The notes: a model not told the origin generated them from the letters alone. 64,000 nt of DNA from Acidobacteriota bacterium (GCA_036507075.1 DASXQR010000017.1:100567-164566); one strand, 5' to 3'. Shown: positions 9,223-19,610, counted from the first letter of the stretch. Program-made: numbers and translations.

Positions 9223-10570
9223 TTTCTTCCCAGATCACTGTTACCGGGTCTCCGCTGATCAGGTTTCCGGGCTCAATTACCACAGGCTCACCCGCGGCGA
9301 GCCCGCTGCTTATTTCGATGCGATCGCCGTCATGCCGTCCCGTCTGAACGCGTTTTTCCACCGCCTTGTCGTTCTTGACGCTGATTACTTTCTCGATTCC
9401 GGCAAACGTCACCACCGAAGAAGCCGGCACGAAAATAGAGGGTTTCAGGGCCGCCGTCAGGATCTCAGCTTTGGCAAAGCTGCCCGGTCTCAACTGCCCG
9501 CCGGCGTTGGGCACTTCAGCCTCCACCATCAGGGTTCGATTGCCTTCGGAAATCGACGGGCTGAGTCGCGCCACACGCCCGGAATGCTCACTCTGGCTGC
9601 CTTCCACACGAACTCTCACGAACTGGCCGGTGCGAATTCCGCCGGCTTCACGCTCCGGGACTGCCAGCCGGAGCCGCAACGGATGAATTTTGACCAGTGT
9701 TACCACTGGAGCTCCAGCCGCCAGGTATTCGCCCATGGAGGCGTGGCGCTCGCGCACCATCGCGTCCAGGGGAACGTGCAGGATGGTGTCGGCCAACTGC
9801 TGTCTTGCAATTTCCAGTTCCGAGCGACGCTGAGCAAGGATGGCTTGCCTGTTGCGAACCTCTTCCTGCGCGTCCTGATACCGGCCTTCCGCCACCTGAA
9901 GGGAGGTTGCCGCTGCGTCCAGTTGCGCCCGAGAAACGATCTTCTGCTCCCAAAGAGCGCTCATGCGGTCGCTGTTAAGCTTTGCTTCCTGAAGCACCGC
10001 CCGCGCCTGCCTCACCAGAGAAGTCTTCTCCGGATCGATGTGATCGTCCTTTCCTTCGGGTGGAAGGCCCAGTCGCGCGCGGGCCTGCTGCAACGCCGTC
10101 TGCGCCTGCTCCATCCTCAACCGGTAATCAGTGGTATCCAGCTTGGCGATCGCCTGTCCTCTGCGCACCGGGCTTCCCAGGTCCACGGAGATTTCGCTCA
10201 ACCGACCCGGGACTTTCATTGCCAGCACGACTTGTTCTTCGGCGGCCAGAGTTCCGCTTACCGCAACAGCGCGCGCCACGGTTTCTTCCCGAGCGCGCGT
10301 CACGCGGACCTTTCTTGGTGCCGCGGTAGATCTCGGTCCCCGCTGGCTGGTATCGGCCGCACCTTCGCGTGAAGCCGCGGTGGTGGTTCTTTCACTGCTG
10401 CAGGCGCTCACAAAGACCGCCAGGGCGAGAGCCGGCAGCCAGAAAGCAATTTTCCGGAGGCGCAGGCTCAATTTGTTTAGCTGGCTTGTAAAGGGCCCGG
10501 TAGATTCGGAACAGGCAAAACTTGCAGAATGGCGCCCGGACCCGCGATGAAATCCGATCTGATTCGTCAC
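9206..10570 (-). CDS. RND efflux periplasmic adaptor (membrane fusion lipoprotein)
   Basis: Lipobox VSAC, lipoyl/coiled-coil pattern, LRPGSF; start moved to GTG 10570 (AGGAAGG upstream, downstream of the predicted promoter). Confidence 0.9.
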   Translation of the reverse strand: MTNQIGFHRGSGRHSASFACSESTGPFTSQLNKLSLRLRKIAFWLPALALAVFVSACSSERTTTAASREGAADTSQRGPRSTAAPRKVRVTRAREETVARAVAVSGTLAAEEQVVLAMKVPGRLSEISVDLGSPVRRGQAIAKLDTTDYRLRMEQAQTALQQARARLGLPPEGKDDHIDPEKTSLVRQARAVLQEAKLNSDRMSALWEQKIVSRAQLDAAATSLQVAEGRYQDAQEEVRNRQAILAQRRSELEIARQQLADTILHVPLDAMVRERHASMGEYLAAGAPVVTLVKIHPLRLRLAVPEREAGGIRTGQFVRVRVEGSQSEHSGRVARLSPSISEGNRTLMVEAEVPNAGGQLRPGSFAKAEILTAALKPSIFVPASSVVTFAGIEKVISVKNDKAVEKRVQTGRHDGDRIEISSGLAAGEPVVIEPGNLISGDPVTVIWEENAKAR

Positions 10571-10626
10571 AATTCTTGCGCCCTTCCTACTACCTGATCG
10601 ATGACCAAAGTGAATGAACAACAGGC

Positions 10627-10655
10627 ATTTTAGAATATTGGGAGCCCCTGCTCAA
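10627..10655 (-). promoter_or_regulatory. Sigma70-type promoter for the RND operon
   Basis: TTGAGC-N17-TAAAAT on the minus strand. Confidence 0.55.
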
Positions 10656-10798
10656 GCTGAAGGCACACCACGCCGCCGCCAGGGCGACACGACATGTCCT
10701 TTTGGCACTTACGGATCGCAACGCACTTGTTTCACCGGCCCAGTCTGGTTCTCTCGGCTCGACGGGCTCGTTGCCCAAATCGAGACTGGAGGCGCTCC

Positions 10799-10945
10799 GT
10801 CCACGAGTCTGCCACGAAGGCACGAAGACAGGAAGGTTTCCGTATTTACCCTGAAGTGAAACGTTACGAAATCCACAATCATGTTTCTAAAAGTGGCACT
10901 CTAAGATCAATCTAGATCTTCGTGCCTTCGTGGCAACTCGTGGAC
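10799..10945. repeat. CCACGAAG-arm foldback element with AGTGNCACT core, copy A (reverse orientation)
   Basis: 29-bp inverted arms with one bulge; core AAGTGGCACT at 10891-10900. Confidence 0.85.
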
Positions 10946-11011
10946 TTGGGCGGCTCTTTGGTTGCTACGGCCGGGCTTTGACTCCGCTGCGCCCTCACAG
11001 GCTTCGTCGCC

Positions 11012-11185
11012 TCATTTGAACGGGAAAAAGTACATCACCCATCCCAGGGCAAAGGCTGAACCTATGAAACAAAAAAGGAGCCAGAAAAAATAACGCCACC
11101 GCTCGATTTTTGTAGGCTTCATCAGCAGCGCAAAACAGGCCGAGACCACGATGGCGAACACAACCAGCGACAAGAAATGACTCAA
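11012..11185 (-). CDS. Small two-TM membrane protein (57 aa), missed by the ORF track
   Basis: MSHFLSLVVFAIVVSACFALLMKPTKIERWRYFFWLLFCFIGSAFALGWVMYFFPFK; TTG start overlaps the upstream TGA. Confidence 0.75.
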   Translation of the reverse strand: MSHFLSLVVFAIVVSACFALLMKPTKIERWRYFFWLLFCFIGSAFALGWVMYFFPFK

Positions 11186-11562
11186 TCTTTCCTCTCCTGC
11201 GCAATGTCAAAGGCGTCGACCACAAACAGCATGTTCAGTAATCCTGCCGTAAGCAGGAACGTATTTCCGTATTCAAACGTAAATGCGGTGATGTCTCCCT
11301 GACCGATCCCGGCCTGCCGCGCCCAGAAATAGATCAGCCCCATGCTGATGTTGTCGAAAAACTTGAGAATAGAAAAAAAGTCGCCGCCCTCCAGACCATA
11401 GATTTTTCCGTTCTGCCTCAGTCCCAGCCAAAAGAGAATTCCAAATGAGGCTAGAAATACCAGGGCCCGGAACCATTTTTTCAAGAAAAAATGACCCATC
11501 CCGGGGACTGCCCAGGCTAGAACGCACGCTGCAACTGTCTTTCCTGGATTCTTCAGGGTCAT
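11182..11562 (-). CDS. DUF6677-like membrane protein
   Basis: LAWAVPGMGH ... EYGNTFLLTAGLLNMLFVVDAFD pattern. Confidence 0.75.
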   Translation of the reverse strand: MTLKNPGKTVAACVLAWAVPGMGHFFLKKWFRALVFLASFGILFWLGLRQNGKIYGLEGGDFFSILKFFDNISMGLIYFWARQAGIGQGDITAFTFEYGNTFLLTAGLLNMLFVVDAFDIAQERKD

Positions 11563-11630
11563 ATATTAAATCCCAAACTTATCAATATACCGTTTTCGGG
11601 ACCACCGTGGAAAGACCGTTTCGAAAATCA

Positions 11631-11737
11631 GAATGCGGAATGTGGATTGCGGAATGCGGAATACAATCAACTTAATTCTTCAAAGCAGACCAAATGCCTT
11701 GCTATTCCGCATTCCGCATTCCGAAATCCGTATTCGG
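11631..11737. repeat. GCGGAAT/ATTCCGC heptamer foldback element
   Basis: Inverted heptamer arrays around a ~40-bp AT-rich core. Confidence 0.85.
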
Positions 11738-11781
11738 ATTCGGATTGACCCGCTAACCCCAGCAGTCTGCCTGCGCGGCGT

Positions 11782-11810
11782 TTGTATTTGAAGCCTGCGT
11801 CGGTTAAACT
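11782..11810 (+). promoter_or_regulatory. Sigma70-type promoter
   Basis: TTGTAT-N17-TAAACT; GGAGG RBS before TTG 11833. Confidence 0.5.
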
Positions 11811-11832
11811 TCATGGTTTTTCCGGAGGATGA

Positions 11833-12972
11833 TTGATCAAGAAACGCATCTTCACGCCTGGTCCCACCCCGATCTACCCGGAAGCAAGCAAAGTGATGGC
11901 CGGGCCGGCGCTACACCATCGAAAAAAAGAGTTCAAAGAGATTTTTGAACAAACGCTGAAAAATCTAAGGGCAATCTACCGGACCGAAAACGATCTGCTC
12001 ATTTTAAGCTGCTCTGGCACGGGCGCCATGGAGTCGGCAGTGGTGAATCTGCTCTCGCCGGGAGCCAAAGCGCTGATCGCCACAGCCGGAAAATTCGGAG
12101 AACGATGGGAAAGTCTGTGCAAGCAATACGGGATTCAGACAACGGTCATCCGAAAGGAGTATGGTGAATCCATCACCGCTTCGGAAATCGGAAATCACCT
12201 GGAAAAGGATTCCGGCATTGAGGCCGTGTTTGTACAGGGATGCGAAAGTTCTACGGGCGCTTCCATGGATCTGAAGGCCATCGGAGAGGTGGTCTCGCGC
12301 CATTCCGGCACGGTAAGCGTGGTAGACGCGATAACCACTTTGGGCGTCGAACCCTTGTACACGGATCAATGGAAGCTGGACGTGGTGATCGGAGGGTCGC
12401 AGAAGGCCTTCATGATTCCTCCGGGCCTGGCTTTTGTCTCCATCAGCCGCAAGGCTTGGGAGAAGTCCAAGAAGTGCAGCGCCAGGAAATTCTATTTCGA
12501 TTGGAGCCGGGAGCAGGCCAACCAGCCCAAGGGCCAGACGGCTTTCACGCCGGCGGTCAATCTGGTGCAAGCACTGCTGGAATCAACGAACTTCATTCTG
12601 CAGGACGGCGTAGACGATCTAGTCGCGAATGCGTCTTTGCTGGCGCGGATGGCGCGGGCGGCGGTCCAGGCGTGGGGCTTGACGCTCTTTCCCCGCCAGC
12701 CAGCTAATGCGCTCACGGCAATTTCCATTGCGCCTCCCCTGGATGCGCAGAGACTGATCTCAGAGTTGCAGGACAGGTTCGGGGCGGTGATTGCGGGCGG
12801 GCAGGGAGAGATGAAAGGCAAGATCATCCGCATTGCCCATCTTGGATATTATGACGCGCTTGACCTGATCGGCTTGCTGGGCGCCATTGAGTATTGTCTG
12901 CGCAAACAAGGACACAAGTTCGAACTGGGAAGCGGTGTGGCGGCAGCATTGCAGGTGCTGGCGGCGGATTGA
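11833..12972 (+). CDS. Class V PLP aminotransferase (alanine-glyoxylate/serine-pyruvate family; probably phosphoserine aminotransferase)
   Basis: FTPGPTP, SGTGAMES, VDAIT, GSQKAFMIPPGL (PLP lysine); upstream of serA. Confidence 0.88.
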   Translation: MIKKRIFTPGPTPIYPEASKVMAGPALHHRKKEFKEIFEQTLKNLRAIYRTENDLLILSCSGTGAMESAVVNLLSPGAKALIATAGKFGERWESLCKQYGIQTTVIRKEYGESITASEIGNHLEKDSGIEAVFVQGCESSTGASMDLKAIGEVVSRHSGTVSVVDAITTLGVEPLYTDQWKLDVVIGGSQKAFMIPPGLAFVSISRKAWEKSKKCSARKFYFDWSREQANQPKGQTAFTPAVNLVQALLESTNFILQDGVDDLVANASLLARMARAAVQAWGLTLFPRQPANALTAISIAPPLDAQRLISELQDRFGAVIAGGQGEMKGKIIRIAHLGYYDALDLIGLLGAIEYCLRKQGHKFELGSGVAAALQVLAAD

Positions 12973-12974
12973 TG

Positions 12975-13245
12975 GAAAGCCGGAAAGCAGAAGGCAGGAG
13001 GCAGGAGGCAGGAGGCGGGAGACGGGATCGACGCTATCAGTACCGCGATCCGTTAGGTCGCGGCGGGGAATGTAAGTGGAACTGTTACGGCCACCGGATC
13101 GAAGGCAGAAGGCGGAAGGCGGAAGGCGGTAGGTATGAGCCTAACGATCCATGCTGATCGATTGTCCGAAAGGACATACAGTGGATTTCACGCCTGTTGG
13201 TACACTGAACGACCGAACGACTGAACGACTGAACGACTGAGAAGC
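12975..13245. repeat. Mixed short tandem arrays (AGGCAGG)n, (GAAGGCG)n, (CTGAACGA)n plus a REP-like hairpin
   Basis: Direct reading; hairpin ccgcgatc-cgtta-ggtcgcgg near 13043-13063. Confidence 0.75.
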
Positions 13246-13282
13246 TGAGTAAGCAGCCACAAGTTCCACTCGAGCTCGAGAA

Positions 13283-14893
13283 ATGCCTGAACAAAACATC
13301 TTGATTTCCGACAACCTGTCCCCAGGCGTGGTGGACCTTCTAAAGCAGGCGGGCTTTACGCCCGACTTTCGGCCCGACATTTCGCGCAAAGATTTGCTCG
13401 CCGCCGTCGGCGAGGTCGATGTCCTGCTTGTGAGGAGCAAAACCGAGGTGGATGTGGAACTTCTGGAAGCGGCTGAAAAGTTGAAAGTCGTGGGACGCGC
13501 CGGCGCCGGTGTCGATAACATCGATCTGGAATCTGCTACCCGCAGGGGAGTGCTGGTGATGAACACGCCAGGCGGCAACAGCATCAGCGCCGCGGAACAC
13601 ACCATGGCGTTGCTGCTCGCCCTGGCGAGAAAAGTGCCCCGGGCCGATTCCACAATGAAGCAGGGAAAATGGGATAAGAAGCAGTTTGAAGGCATCGAGC
13701 TGCTGGGGAAAACGCTCGGCCTGCTGGGACTGGGAAAGATCGGATCGGAAGTCGCCAAGCGCGCGGGCGCCTTTGGGATGGACGTGGTCGCATATGATCC
13801 GTACGTTCCCGAGAAGCTGGCGCGAGAGCTGGAAGTCGAGCTTCTCCCACTGGACGATCTGCTGTCGCGCTCGGATTTTATCAGCCTTCACCTGCCTCTG
13901 ACGGATGCCACTGAAAAGTTGATCAACGAGACGGCCATCGCCAAGATGAAACCGGGAATGCGGCTGATTAACTGCGCTCGCGGCGGCCTGATTGACGAGG
14001 CAGTGCTGCTGCGGGCTCTCGAGAGCGGCAAGATCGCCGCGGCTGCTCTGGATGTTTTCGAGCGCGAACCCTCTCCGAATCAGGAATTGATCGGACACCC
14101 CAACCTGATCGCCACGCCTCACATCGCCGGCTCGACGCAGGAGGCGCAGGAGAAGGTCGGTTTCGAAATCGTGCAGCAGATCATCGATTACTTGCGCGGG
14201 GGCGTGGTTCGTAATGCTGTGAATTTTGCTTCCATCAGCTCGCGTGAGTTCGAGCAGGTCGCCCCGTACATGGAACTGGGGGAGAAACTGGGGCTGTTCC
14301 TGGGTCAGATCTGCAGGATCCGGGTGAGCGAAATTGGGATCCGTTATTACGGTGAGTTGGCTGCGCTCAACTTCAAACCGATTTCCAGTTGCATCCTGAA
14401 GGGGATTTTTGAAGCCAATAGAATCGAAGGCGTAAACATGATCAATGCTTTCAGTGCGGCCCGCGAGCGTCGAATTGTGGTCACGGAGACTTCCAGCAAC
14501 CGCGAGCGAGGCTTCAAGAACCTGATCAGCATTCAAATGCGCAATGAAACGGAAGCGGAATGGGCCGAGGGAGCGTTGCTGCATCGCGGTAATTTGAGGC
14601 TGGTTTCCGTCGACGGAATCGGCTTGGAATCGCCCATGGGAGATTTCCTGTTGTTCATTCGCAATCAGGACCAGCCGGGTGTAATCGGCCAGGTCGGCAC
14701 CGCTTTGGGCGACAGCGGAATCAATATTGCCAGTTTCACGCTCGGCCGCCACGAAGCCCGAGGCGAGGCGGTTGGAATCGTCAACACCGACTCTCCCGTG
14801 CCTGCTGAACTGTTGAAAAAAATCCGCGAGCTGTCGGCCGTCTCATTCGCCGCTGTGGTATGTCTCGGCGGCGACGTGCGGCGCTGCAAGTGA
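13283..14893 (+). CDS. serA: D-3-phosphoglycerate dehydrogenase (type I, ASB+ACT)
   Basis: GRAGAGVDNID, GLGKIG, INCARGG, TPHIAGST, C-terminal ACT domain. Confidence 0.95.
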   Translation: MPEQNILISDNLSPGVVDLLKQAGFTPDFRPDISRKDLLAAVGEVDVLLVRSKTEVDVELLEAAEKLKVVGRAGAGVDNIDLESATRRGVLVMNTPGGNSISAAEHTMALLLALARKVPRADSTMKQGKWDKKQFEGIELLGKTLGLLGLGKIGSEVAKRAGAFGMDVVAYDPYVPEKLARELEVELLPLDDLLSRSDFISLHLPLTDATEKLINETAIAKMKPGMRLINCARGGLIDEAVLLRALESGKIAAAALDVFEREPSPNQELIGHPNLIATPHIAGSTQEAQEKVGFEIVQQIIDYLRGGVVRNAVNFASISSREFEQVAPYMELGEKLGLFLGQICRIRVSEIGIRYYGELAALNFKPISSCILKGIFEANRIEGVNMINAFSAARERRIVVTETSSNRERGFKNLISIQMRNETEAEWAEGALLHRGNLRLVSVDGIGLESPMGDFLLFIRNQDQPGVIGQVGTALGDSGINIASFTLGRHEARGEAVGIVNTDSPVPAELLKKIRELSAVSFAAVVCLGGDVRRCK

Positions 14894-14934
14894 GGCAAAG
14901 CATGAAACTCCGCAGTCACCGCTTTACGTCGTGC

Positions 14935-14988
14935 GTAGAGACGCGACATGTCGCGTCTGAGCTCAGACGCGGCATGCCGCGTCTCTAC
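14935..14988. repeat. GTAG-type REP doublet (54-bp near-perfect palindrome)
   Basis: gtagagacgcgacatgtcgcgtctgag|ctcagacgcggcatgccgcgtctctac. Confidence 0.88.
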
Positions 14989-14996
14989 ACCTGAGA

Positions 14997-17147
14997 ATGT
15001 TCAGACACCAAGCCAACAGCAAACCCAAATCAGACAAATCACAGTACGTCTGTCCCATGCATCCGGAAGTGGTGCGCGACAAACCGGGGTCCTGCCCGAT
15101 ATGCGGCATGGCGCTCGAACCCGGAATCCCAACCCTGGAAGAGGAAGTGAACCCGGAGCTTGTCGACATGACTCGCAGATTTTGGGTCAGCGCCGTGTTG
15201 ACAGCACCACTCCTGATTAGCGCTATGGGCGGGATGATCCTGGGTCACGAGTGGAAGATCACGGGGGCCTGGTCGATTTATGTTCAGTTGGCCCTCGCTA
15301 CCCCGGTGGTTCTGTGGGCAAGCCGGCCTTTCTTTGAGCGAGGCTGGGAATCGATCGTAAACCGAAGTCCCAACATGTTCACGTTGATCGCGCTGGGCGT
15401 CGGAACCGCATACCTTTACAGCCTGGTAGCCGCACTGTTTCCACGGTGGTTGCCACAGAGCGCGCGCGGCCATTCAGGTCAGCCGGATGTCTACTTCGAA
15501 GCCGCTGCGGTGATTGCCACCCTCGTTCTTCTGGGCCAAGTGCTTGAACTGCGCGCCCGCAGCAGGACTGGGGCCGCCATTCGATCACTTCTCCAACTGA
15601 CGCCTGAGACCGCGAGGCGAGTGGCGCCGAATGGACAAGAAGAAGATATTCCGTTGGAACAAGTCCGAGCCGGAGACCGGCTGCGTATACGCCCGGGCGA
15701 CAGGGTGCCGGTGGACGGTTTCGTGATCGAGGGCGTAAGTTCCGTCGATGAATCAATGATTTCCGGAGAACCCTTGCCCGTGGAAAAGACGCCGGGAAGC
15801 GGTGTGTCTGCCGGCACAGTGAATGGCACGGGAAGCTTCATCATGGAAGCGGAGCGAGTCGGCAGCGAGACGTTGCTGGCGCAAATTGTGCGGATGGTCA
15901 GCACGGCGCAGCGCAGCAGGGCCCCTATTCAGCGAGTGGCGGATCTGGCCGCATCCTATTTTGTACCTTTGGTGATCGTTGCTGCGCTGATCACGTTCGC
16001 GGTGTGGTGGTTTGCAGGACCAGAGCCAAAGCTGACGCATTCAATCGTGAATGCAGTCGCGGTCCTGATTATCGCCTGTCCCTGCGCCCTCGGTCTGGCG
16101 ACGCCGATGTCGATCATGGTGGGAATAGGACGAGGCGCTCTTTCCGGGGTCTTAGTCCGGGACGCAGAAGCGCTGGAAGTCCTGGAAAAGGTCGATACCC
16201 TGGTGGTGGACAAGACAGGCACCTTGACTGAAGGGAAACCTCGACTGGGAGAGATATTTGTCCTTGGCGAAAACGACGAAAAGGAGATCCTTCGCCTGGT
16301 GGCGAGTCTGGAGCGCGCCAGCGAGCATCCCCTGGCCGGCGCGATCGTGAGCGCAGCGGAAGTGAGGGGGGTGGAATTCTCCAAAGTGCAGGAGTTTCAA
16401 GCCCTTACCGGCAAAGGCATAGTTGGGAAGATCGGCGGCAAGACTGTTGCCGCGGGAAACAGCAGCTTGTTCGAGGAGCTTTCCATTCCCATCGACCCTT
16501 TGCGATCGCGCGCGGAAATGATGCGCTCCCATGGTCAGACAGTGATGGCGGTCGCCGTGGAAGGCCGCGCAGCCGCGCTTCTGGCGGTGACGGATCCGAT
16601 CAAGCCCTCAACAGTGGAAGCCATTGAGGCGCTCCATCAAGAGCGCGTGACAATCGTAATGGTCACGGGAGATGGTGAAACTACCGCAAAGGCGGTGGCG
16701 GGCAAGTTGGGCATCGACCGCGTTCAGGCAGAAGTTTTGCCTGAGCAAAAAGCGGCAATCGTGAAAAAGCTTCAGCAAGAGGGCAGGATCGTGGCTATGG
16801 CCGGCGATGGCATCAACGACGCGCCGGCGCTGGCCCAGAGTGATGTCGGAATCGCTATGGGGACGGGCGCCGACGTGGCCATGGAAAGCGCGGGGATCAC
16901 ACTGGTTCAGGGTGATCTGCGCGGAATCGTTCGAGCTCGAAAGCTAAGCCGGGCCACGATGAGGAACATCCGGCAGAATCTGTTCTTCGCTTTCTTCTAT
17001 AACATGCTGGGCGTGCCCATTGCGGCGGGGGCGCTTTACCCTTCTTTCGGTCTTCTGCTCAGCCCTATGATTGCCAGCGCGGCGATGACATTCAGTTCCG
17101 TCTCCGTTATCGCAAACGCTCTGCGTCTACGTAGTTTGCAGCTCTAA
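14997..17147 (+). CDS. copA: Cu(I)/Ag(I)-translocating P1B-type ATPase
   Basis: YVCPMHP/CPICGM metal-binding domain, CPC, DKTGTLT, SEHPLA, GDGIND, YN and MxxSS motifs. Confidence 0.93.
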   Translation: MFRHQANSKPKSDKSQYVCPMHPEVVRDKPGSCPICGMALEPGIPTLEEEVNPELVDMTRRFWVSAVLTAPLLISAMGGMILGHEWKITGAWSIYVQLALATPVVLWASRPFFERGWESIVNRSPNMFTLIALGVGTAYLYSLVAALFPRWLPQSARGHSGQPDVYFEAAAVIATLVLLGQVLELRARSRTGAAIRSLLQLTPETARRVAPNGQEEDIPLEQVRAGDRLRIRPGDRVPVDGFVIEGVSSVDESMISGEPLPVEKTPGSGVSAGTVNGTGSFIMEAERVGSETLLAQIVRMVSTAQRSRAPIQRVADLAASYFVPLVIVAALITFAVWWFAGPEPKLTHSIVNAVAVLIIACPCALGLATPMSIMVGIGRGALSGVLVRDAEALEVLEKVDTLVVDKTGTLTEGKPRLGEIFVLGENDEKEILRLVASLERASEHPLAGAIVSAAEVRGVEFSKVQEFQALTGKGIVGKIGGKTVAAGNSSLFEELSIPIDPLRSRAEMMRSHGQTVMAVAVEGRAAALLAVTDPIKPSTVEAIEALHQERVTIVMVTGDGETTAKAVAGKLGIDRVQAEVLPEQKAAIVKKLQQEGRIVAMAGDGINDAPALAQSDVGIAMGTGADVAMESAGITLVQGDLRGIVRARKLSRATMRNIRQNLFFAFFYNMLGVPIAAGALYPSFGLLLSPMIASAAMTFSSVSVIANALRLRSLQL

Positions 17148-17175
17148 GATTCCACCACAAAGACACAGTGAGAGT

Positions 17176-17265
17176 GGAGAGACGGCCCGAGGGCCGTCTC
17201 GGGCGAAGTCGATGGCAGGGCAATCCCGTCGACATCCTCTGAGACGTCCCTCAGGACGTCTCTCC
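17176..17265. repeat. REPIN-like doublet of GGAGAGACGG-hairpins, copy 2
   Basis: Aligns to the reverse complement of 5829-5918. Confidence 0.85.
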
Positions 17266-17396
17266 GAGCGGCGAAGCCGCGCATGGCTGCCGCAAAGGCG
17301 CATGACCTTGCCAGCGGGCGATTTGGTCCGTTAAACTGGAGTTGAGAAGTATCGATGCTCCCGCGTTTTGTGAGCTGGTTTGGTGCGAAAAAAAAC

Positions 17397-17425
17397 TTGA
17401 TTTTTGTGTTGATCCAACTTATACC
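17397..17425 (+). promoter_or_regulatory. Sigma70-type promoter for ferredoxin
   Basis: TTGATT-N17-TATACC with an A-tract upstream. Confidence 0.5.
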
Positions 17426-17494
17426 AGCCCCTTGAGGCCGGCCCGGTGATATCCTGACATCGCAGGCTCAATAGGGAATTGGAGGAAAGGCAGT

Positions 17495-17734
17495 ATGACT
17501 TTTATTATTTGCGAACCCTGTGTCGACGTCAAAGACAAGGCTTGCGTCGAGGCCTGTCCGGTAGATTGCATCTATGGAGCCGAGACTGACAATCAGCTCT
17601 ATATTCATCCGGACGAGTGCATCGATTGTGGCGCCTGTGAGCCTGTTTGTCCGGTGACGGCAATCTTTCCGGAAGATGAAGTGCCCGAAAAATGGCAGCA
17701 GTATATTGACATTAATAAGAACTACTTCAAGTAG
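17495..17734 (+). CDS. Ferredoxin (7Fe [3Fe-4S]/[4Fe-4S] type)
   Basis: [18 protein letters not shown] and [20 protein letters not shown]. Confidence 0.95.
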   Translation: MTFIICEPCVDVKDKACVEACPVDCIYGAETDNQLYIHPDECIDCGACEPVCPVTAIFPEDEVPEKWQQYIDINKNYFK

Positions 17735-17746
17735 TGCCCTTCTTTG

Positions 17747-17799
17747 CCCGGCTGGCCGTCCGCGGCCGCCACTTCAGGCCACCAGCCGGGTTGTGTTTC
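17747..17799 (+). terminator. Possible intrinsic terminator
   Basis: cccggctgg...ccagccggg followed by ttgtgttt. Confidence 0.4.
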
Positions 17800-17922
17800 A
17801 CATCACGCCCCCCTCCCCAAGTATCTGGTAATAAATAGCTTTTATACAGCCGGGTCAAAAACGCTTTAAACGCAGCACTTTAAAGTGTAGGATTCCGGAT
17901 TGCTCCTCCAGGACAACTCTAC

Positions 17923-19596
17923 ATGAAGCAAAACCGCAGGGAATCGGACGGCTCAGTCGACAAGCGTACGGAAAGCTCAGGAGAAAATCTTTCCCATGTG
18001 GATTACCGTGCGCTGGTGGAGAATCTGAAAGAAGGCGTCTATCGCAGCACTTTTGACGGTCAAATCCTGCTGGCCAACCCGGCCCTGGCAAAGATCCTGG
18101 GATACGACTCGGTAGCCGATTTGAAGCGCGTCAACGTAAAGGAAATGTACGTTGACCCGCTCGACAGGGAAGAGAACATCAACACACTGATTCGAGACCG
18201 CTCCGTCTCGCGCTATTGCCTTCGGCTGAAAAAGAAAAACGGAGAAACAATTATCGTCGAAGAGACCGGTCAAGCGGTTTTTGACGCCGAGGGGCAGGTC
18301 CTCTATTGCGAAGGAATCATCCAGGACGTCACCGAGCGGGTCGCGGCTGAAATCCGATACCGCAGCCTGGTCGAGAATGCCGGCGATGCTATCTGGACGC
18401 TCGATTCAGAAGGGCGTTTCGTCTCGGTGAACCGCGCGTTTGAGCGGATTCTCGGGTTTGCGCGCGACTCTCTGGTGGGAAAGCATATCGTCGATTGCGA
18501 TTTGATTGCTCCCGAGTACATAAGCCTCGTGGTGAAAGAATTCAAGCAGCGTTTGCAGGGAGAACCGAGCAGAGCGTACGAAATCGAAGTGCTCGACATA
18601 AACGGCAATCGAATTCCGATTGAAATCAGCACTCAGCGGCTGCAGGTCGATGCCCAGACCGTCGAGATAGTGGGAATAGGGCGAGATATGCGCGCCCGCA
18701 AAGCTCTGGAGCGGGAGTTGGTCTCCACCAAGAATCATCTGCAGAGCGTCATCGACAATGCGCTGGATGCCATCATTGTTACCGACGACAGAGGAACGAT
18801 TCAGGGGTGGAACAAGGGCGCCGAGCGGATTTTTGAAGTAAAGCGGCAGGCAATGCTGGGGCAGCCGATCGACAAGATTTTCCCCGAAGATAAGTATTTT
18901 TCTTACTACCGAGCGCGCCGAAACCTTGCGCTGGGGAACCCTGTAAGCGATCTGGAACTGACCTGGGTTAGAACAGACGGCACTCAGATACACCTGAACA
19001 TTTCCGTATCACCGATACGGAACGAGAAGGGGAGCGTTGTCGGGGCCAGCGCGATTGCCAGGGACACCACGGAAAAGAAAAAACTGGAAGTGACTCTGCA
19101 GCATCTGGTAATCACCGATCACCTTACGGAGACTTTCAACCGTTACTACTTTGACCAGTTGTTGCAGAAAGAAATTACCCGTTCCAAGCGCCACGGTTAC
19201 GCTCTTTCCATCGCCCTGATCGACATCGACGGCTTTAAGGCCATCAATGATCGGCACGGCCATCAGATCGGCGACAAGGTGCTCAAGGAAAGCGCCCGTA
19301 TTTTGAAGTCCAGTATCCGAAACTCCGACACGCTGGTTCGCTATGGAGGAGACGAGTTTCTGATTCTGCTGCCGGAAACCGATCAAAACAAGATCCTGTA
19401 CGTCGTGCGTCGGATTGAAGAGAAGCTGCACATCTGGAATCAGGATGAATCTTTTCTCGATCGCCCGCTTGAATTCAGCATCGGCTATGCCACGTGCGTG
19501 GGCGGCGACGATGTGGAAAAGTCCCTTCGCTCCGCCGATATGCAGATGTATGAACAAAAAAACCGAAAGCGCGGCGGTCGGGAAACGATCATGTAA
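17923..19596 (+). CDS. PAS-PAS-PAS-GGDEF diguanylate cyclase
   Basis: Three PAS/PAC repeats; RYGGDEF active site with RNSD (RxxD) I-site. Confidence 0.92.
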   Translation: MKQNRRESDGSVDKRTESSGENLSHVDYRALVENLKEGVYRSTFDGQILLANPALAKILGYDSVADLKRVNVKEMYVDPLDREENINTLIRDRSVSRYCLRLKKKNGETIIVEETGQAVFDAEGQVLYCEGIIQDVTERVAAEIRYRSLVENAGDAIWTLDSEGRFVSVNRAFERILGFARDSLVGKHIVDCDLIAPEYISLVVKEFKQRLQGEPSRAYEIEVLDINGNRIPIEISTQRLQVDAQTVEIVGIGRDMRARKALERELVSTKNHLQSVIDNALDAIIVTDDRGTIQGWNKGAERIFEVKRQAMLGQPIDKIFPEDKYFSYYRARRNLALGNPVSDLELTWVRTDGTQIHLNISVSPIRNEKGSVVGASAIARDTTEKKKLEVTLQHLVITDHLTETFNRYYFDQLLQKEITRSKRHGYALSIALIDIDGFKAINDRHGHQIGDKVLKESARILKSSIRNSDTLVRYGGDEFLILLPETDQNKILYVVRRIEEKLHIWNQDESFLDRPLEFSIGYATCVGGDDVEKSLRSADMQMYEQKNRKRGGRETIM

Positions 19597-19610
19597 GGCT
19601 CCGAACAAAA

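Noticed and set aside
10995..11225. 76-aa minus-strand ORF from the track
   Set aside because: The overlapping 57-aa frame (11012-11185) is better supported by coupling and TM pattern
13340..14752. Long antisense ORFs (also 9173-10372, 38405-39394, 3348-4253)
   Set aside because: Shadow frames of well-supported genes in GC-rich DNA
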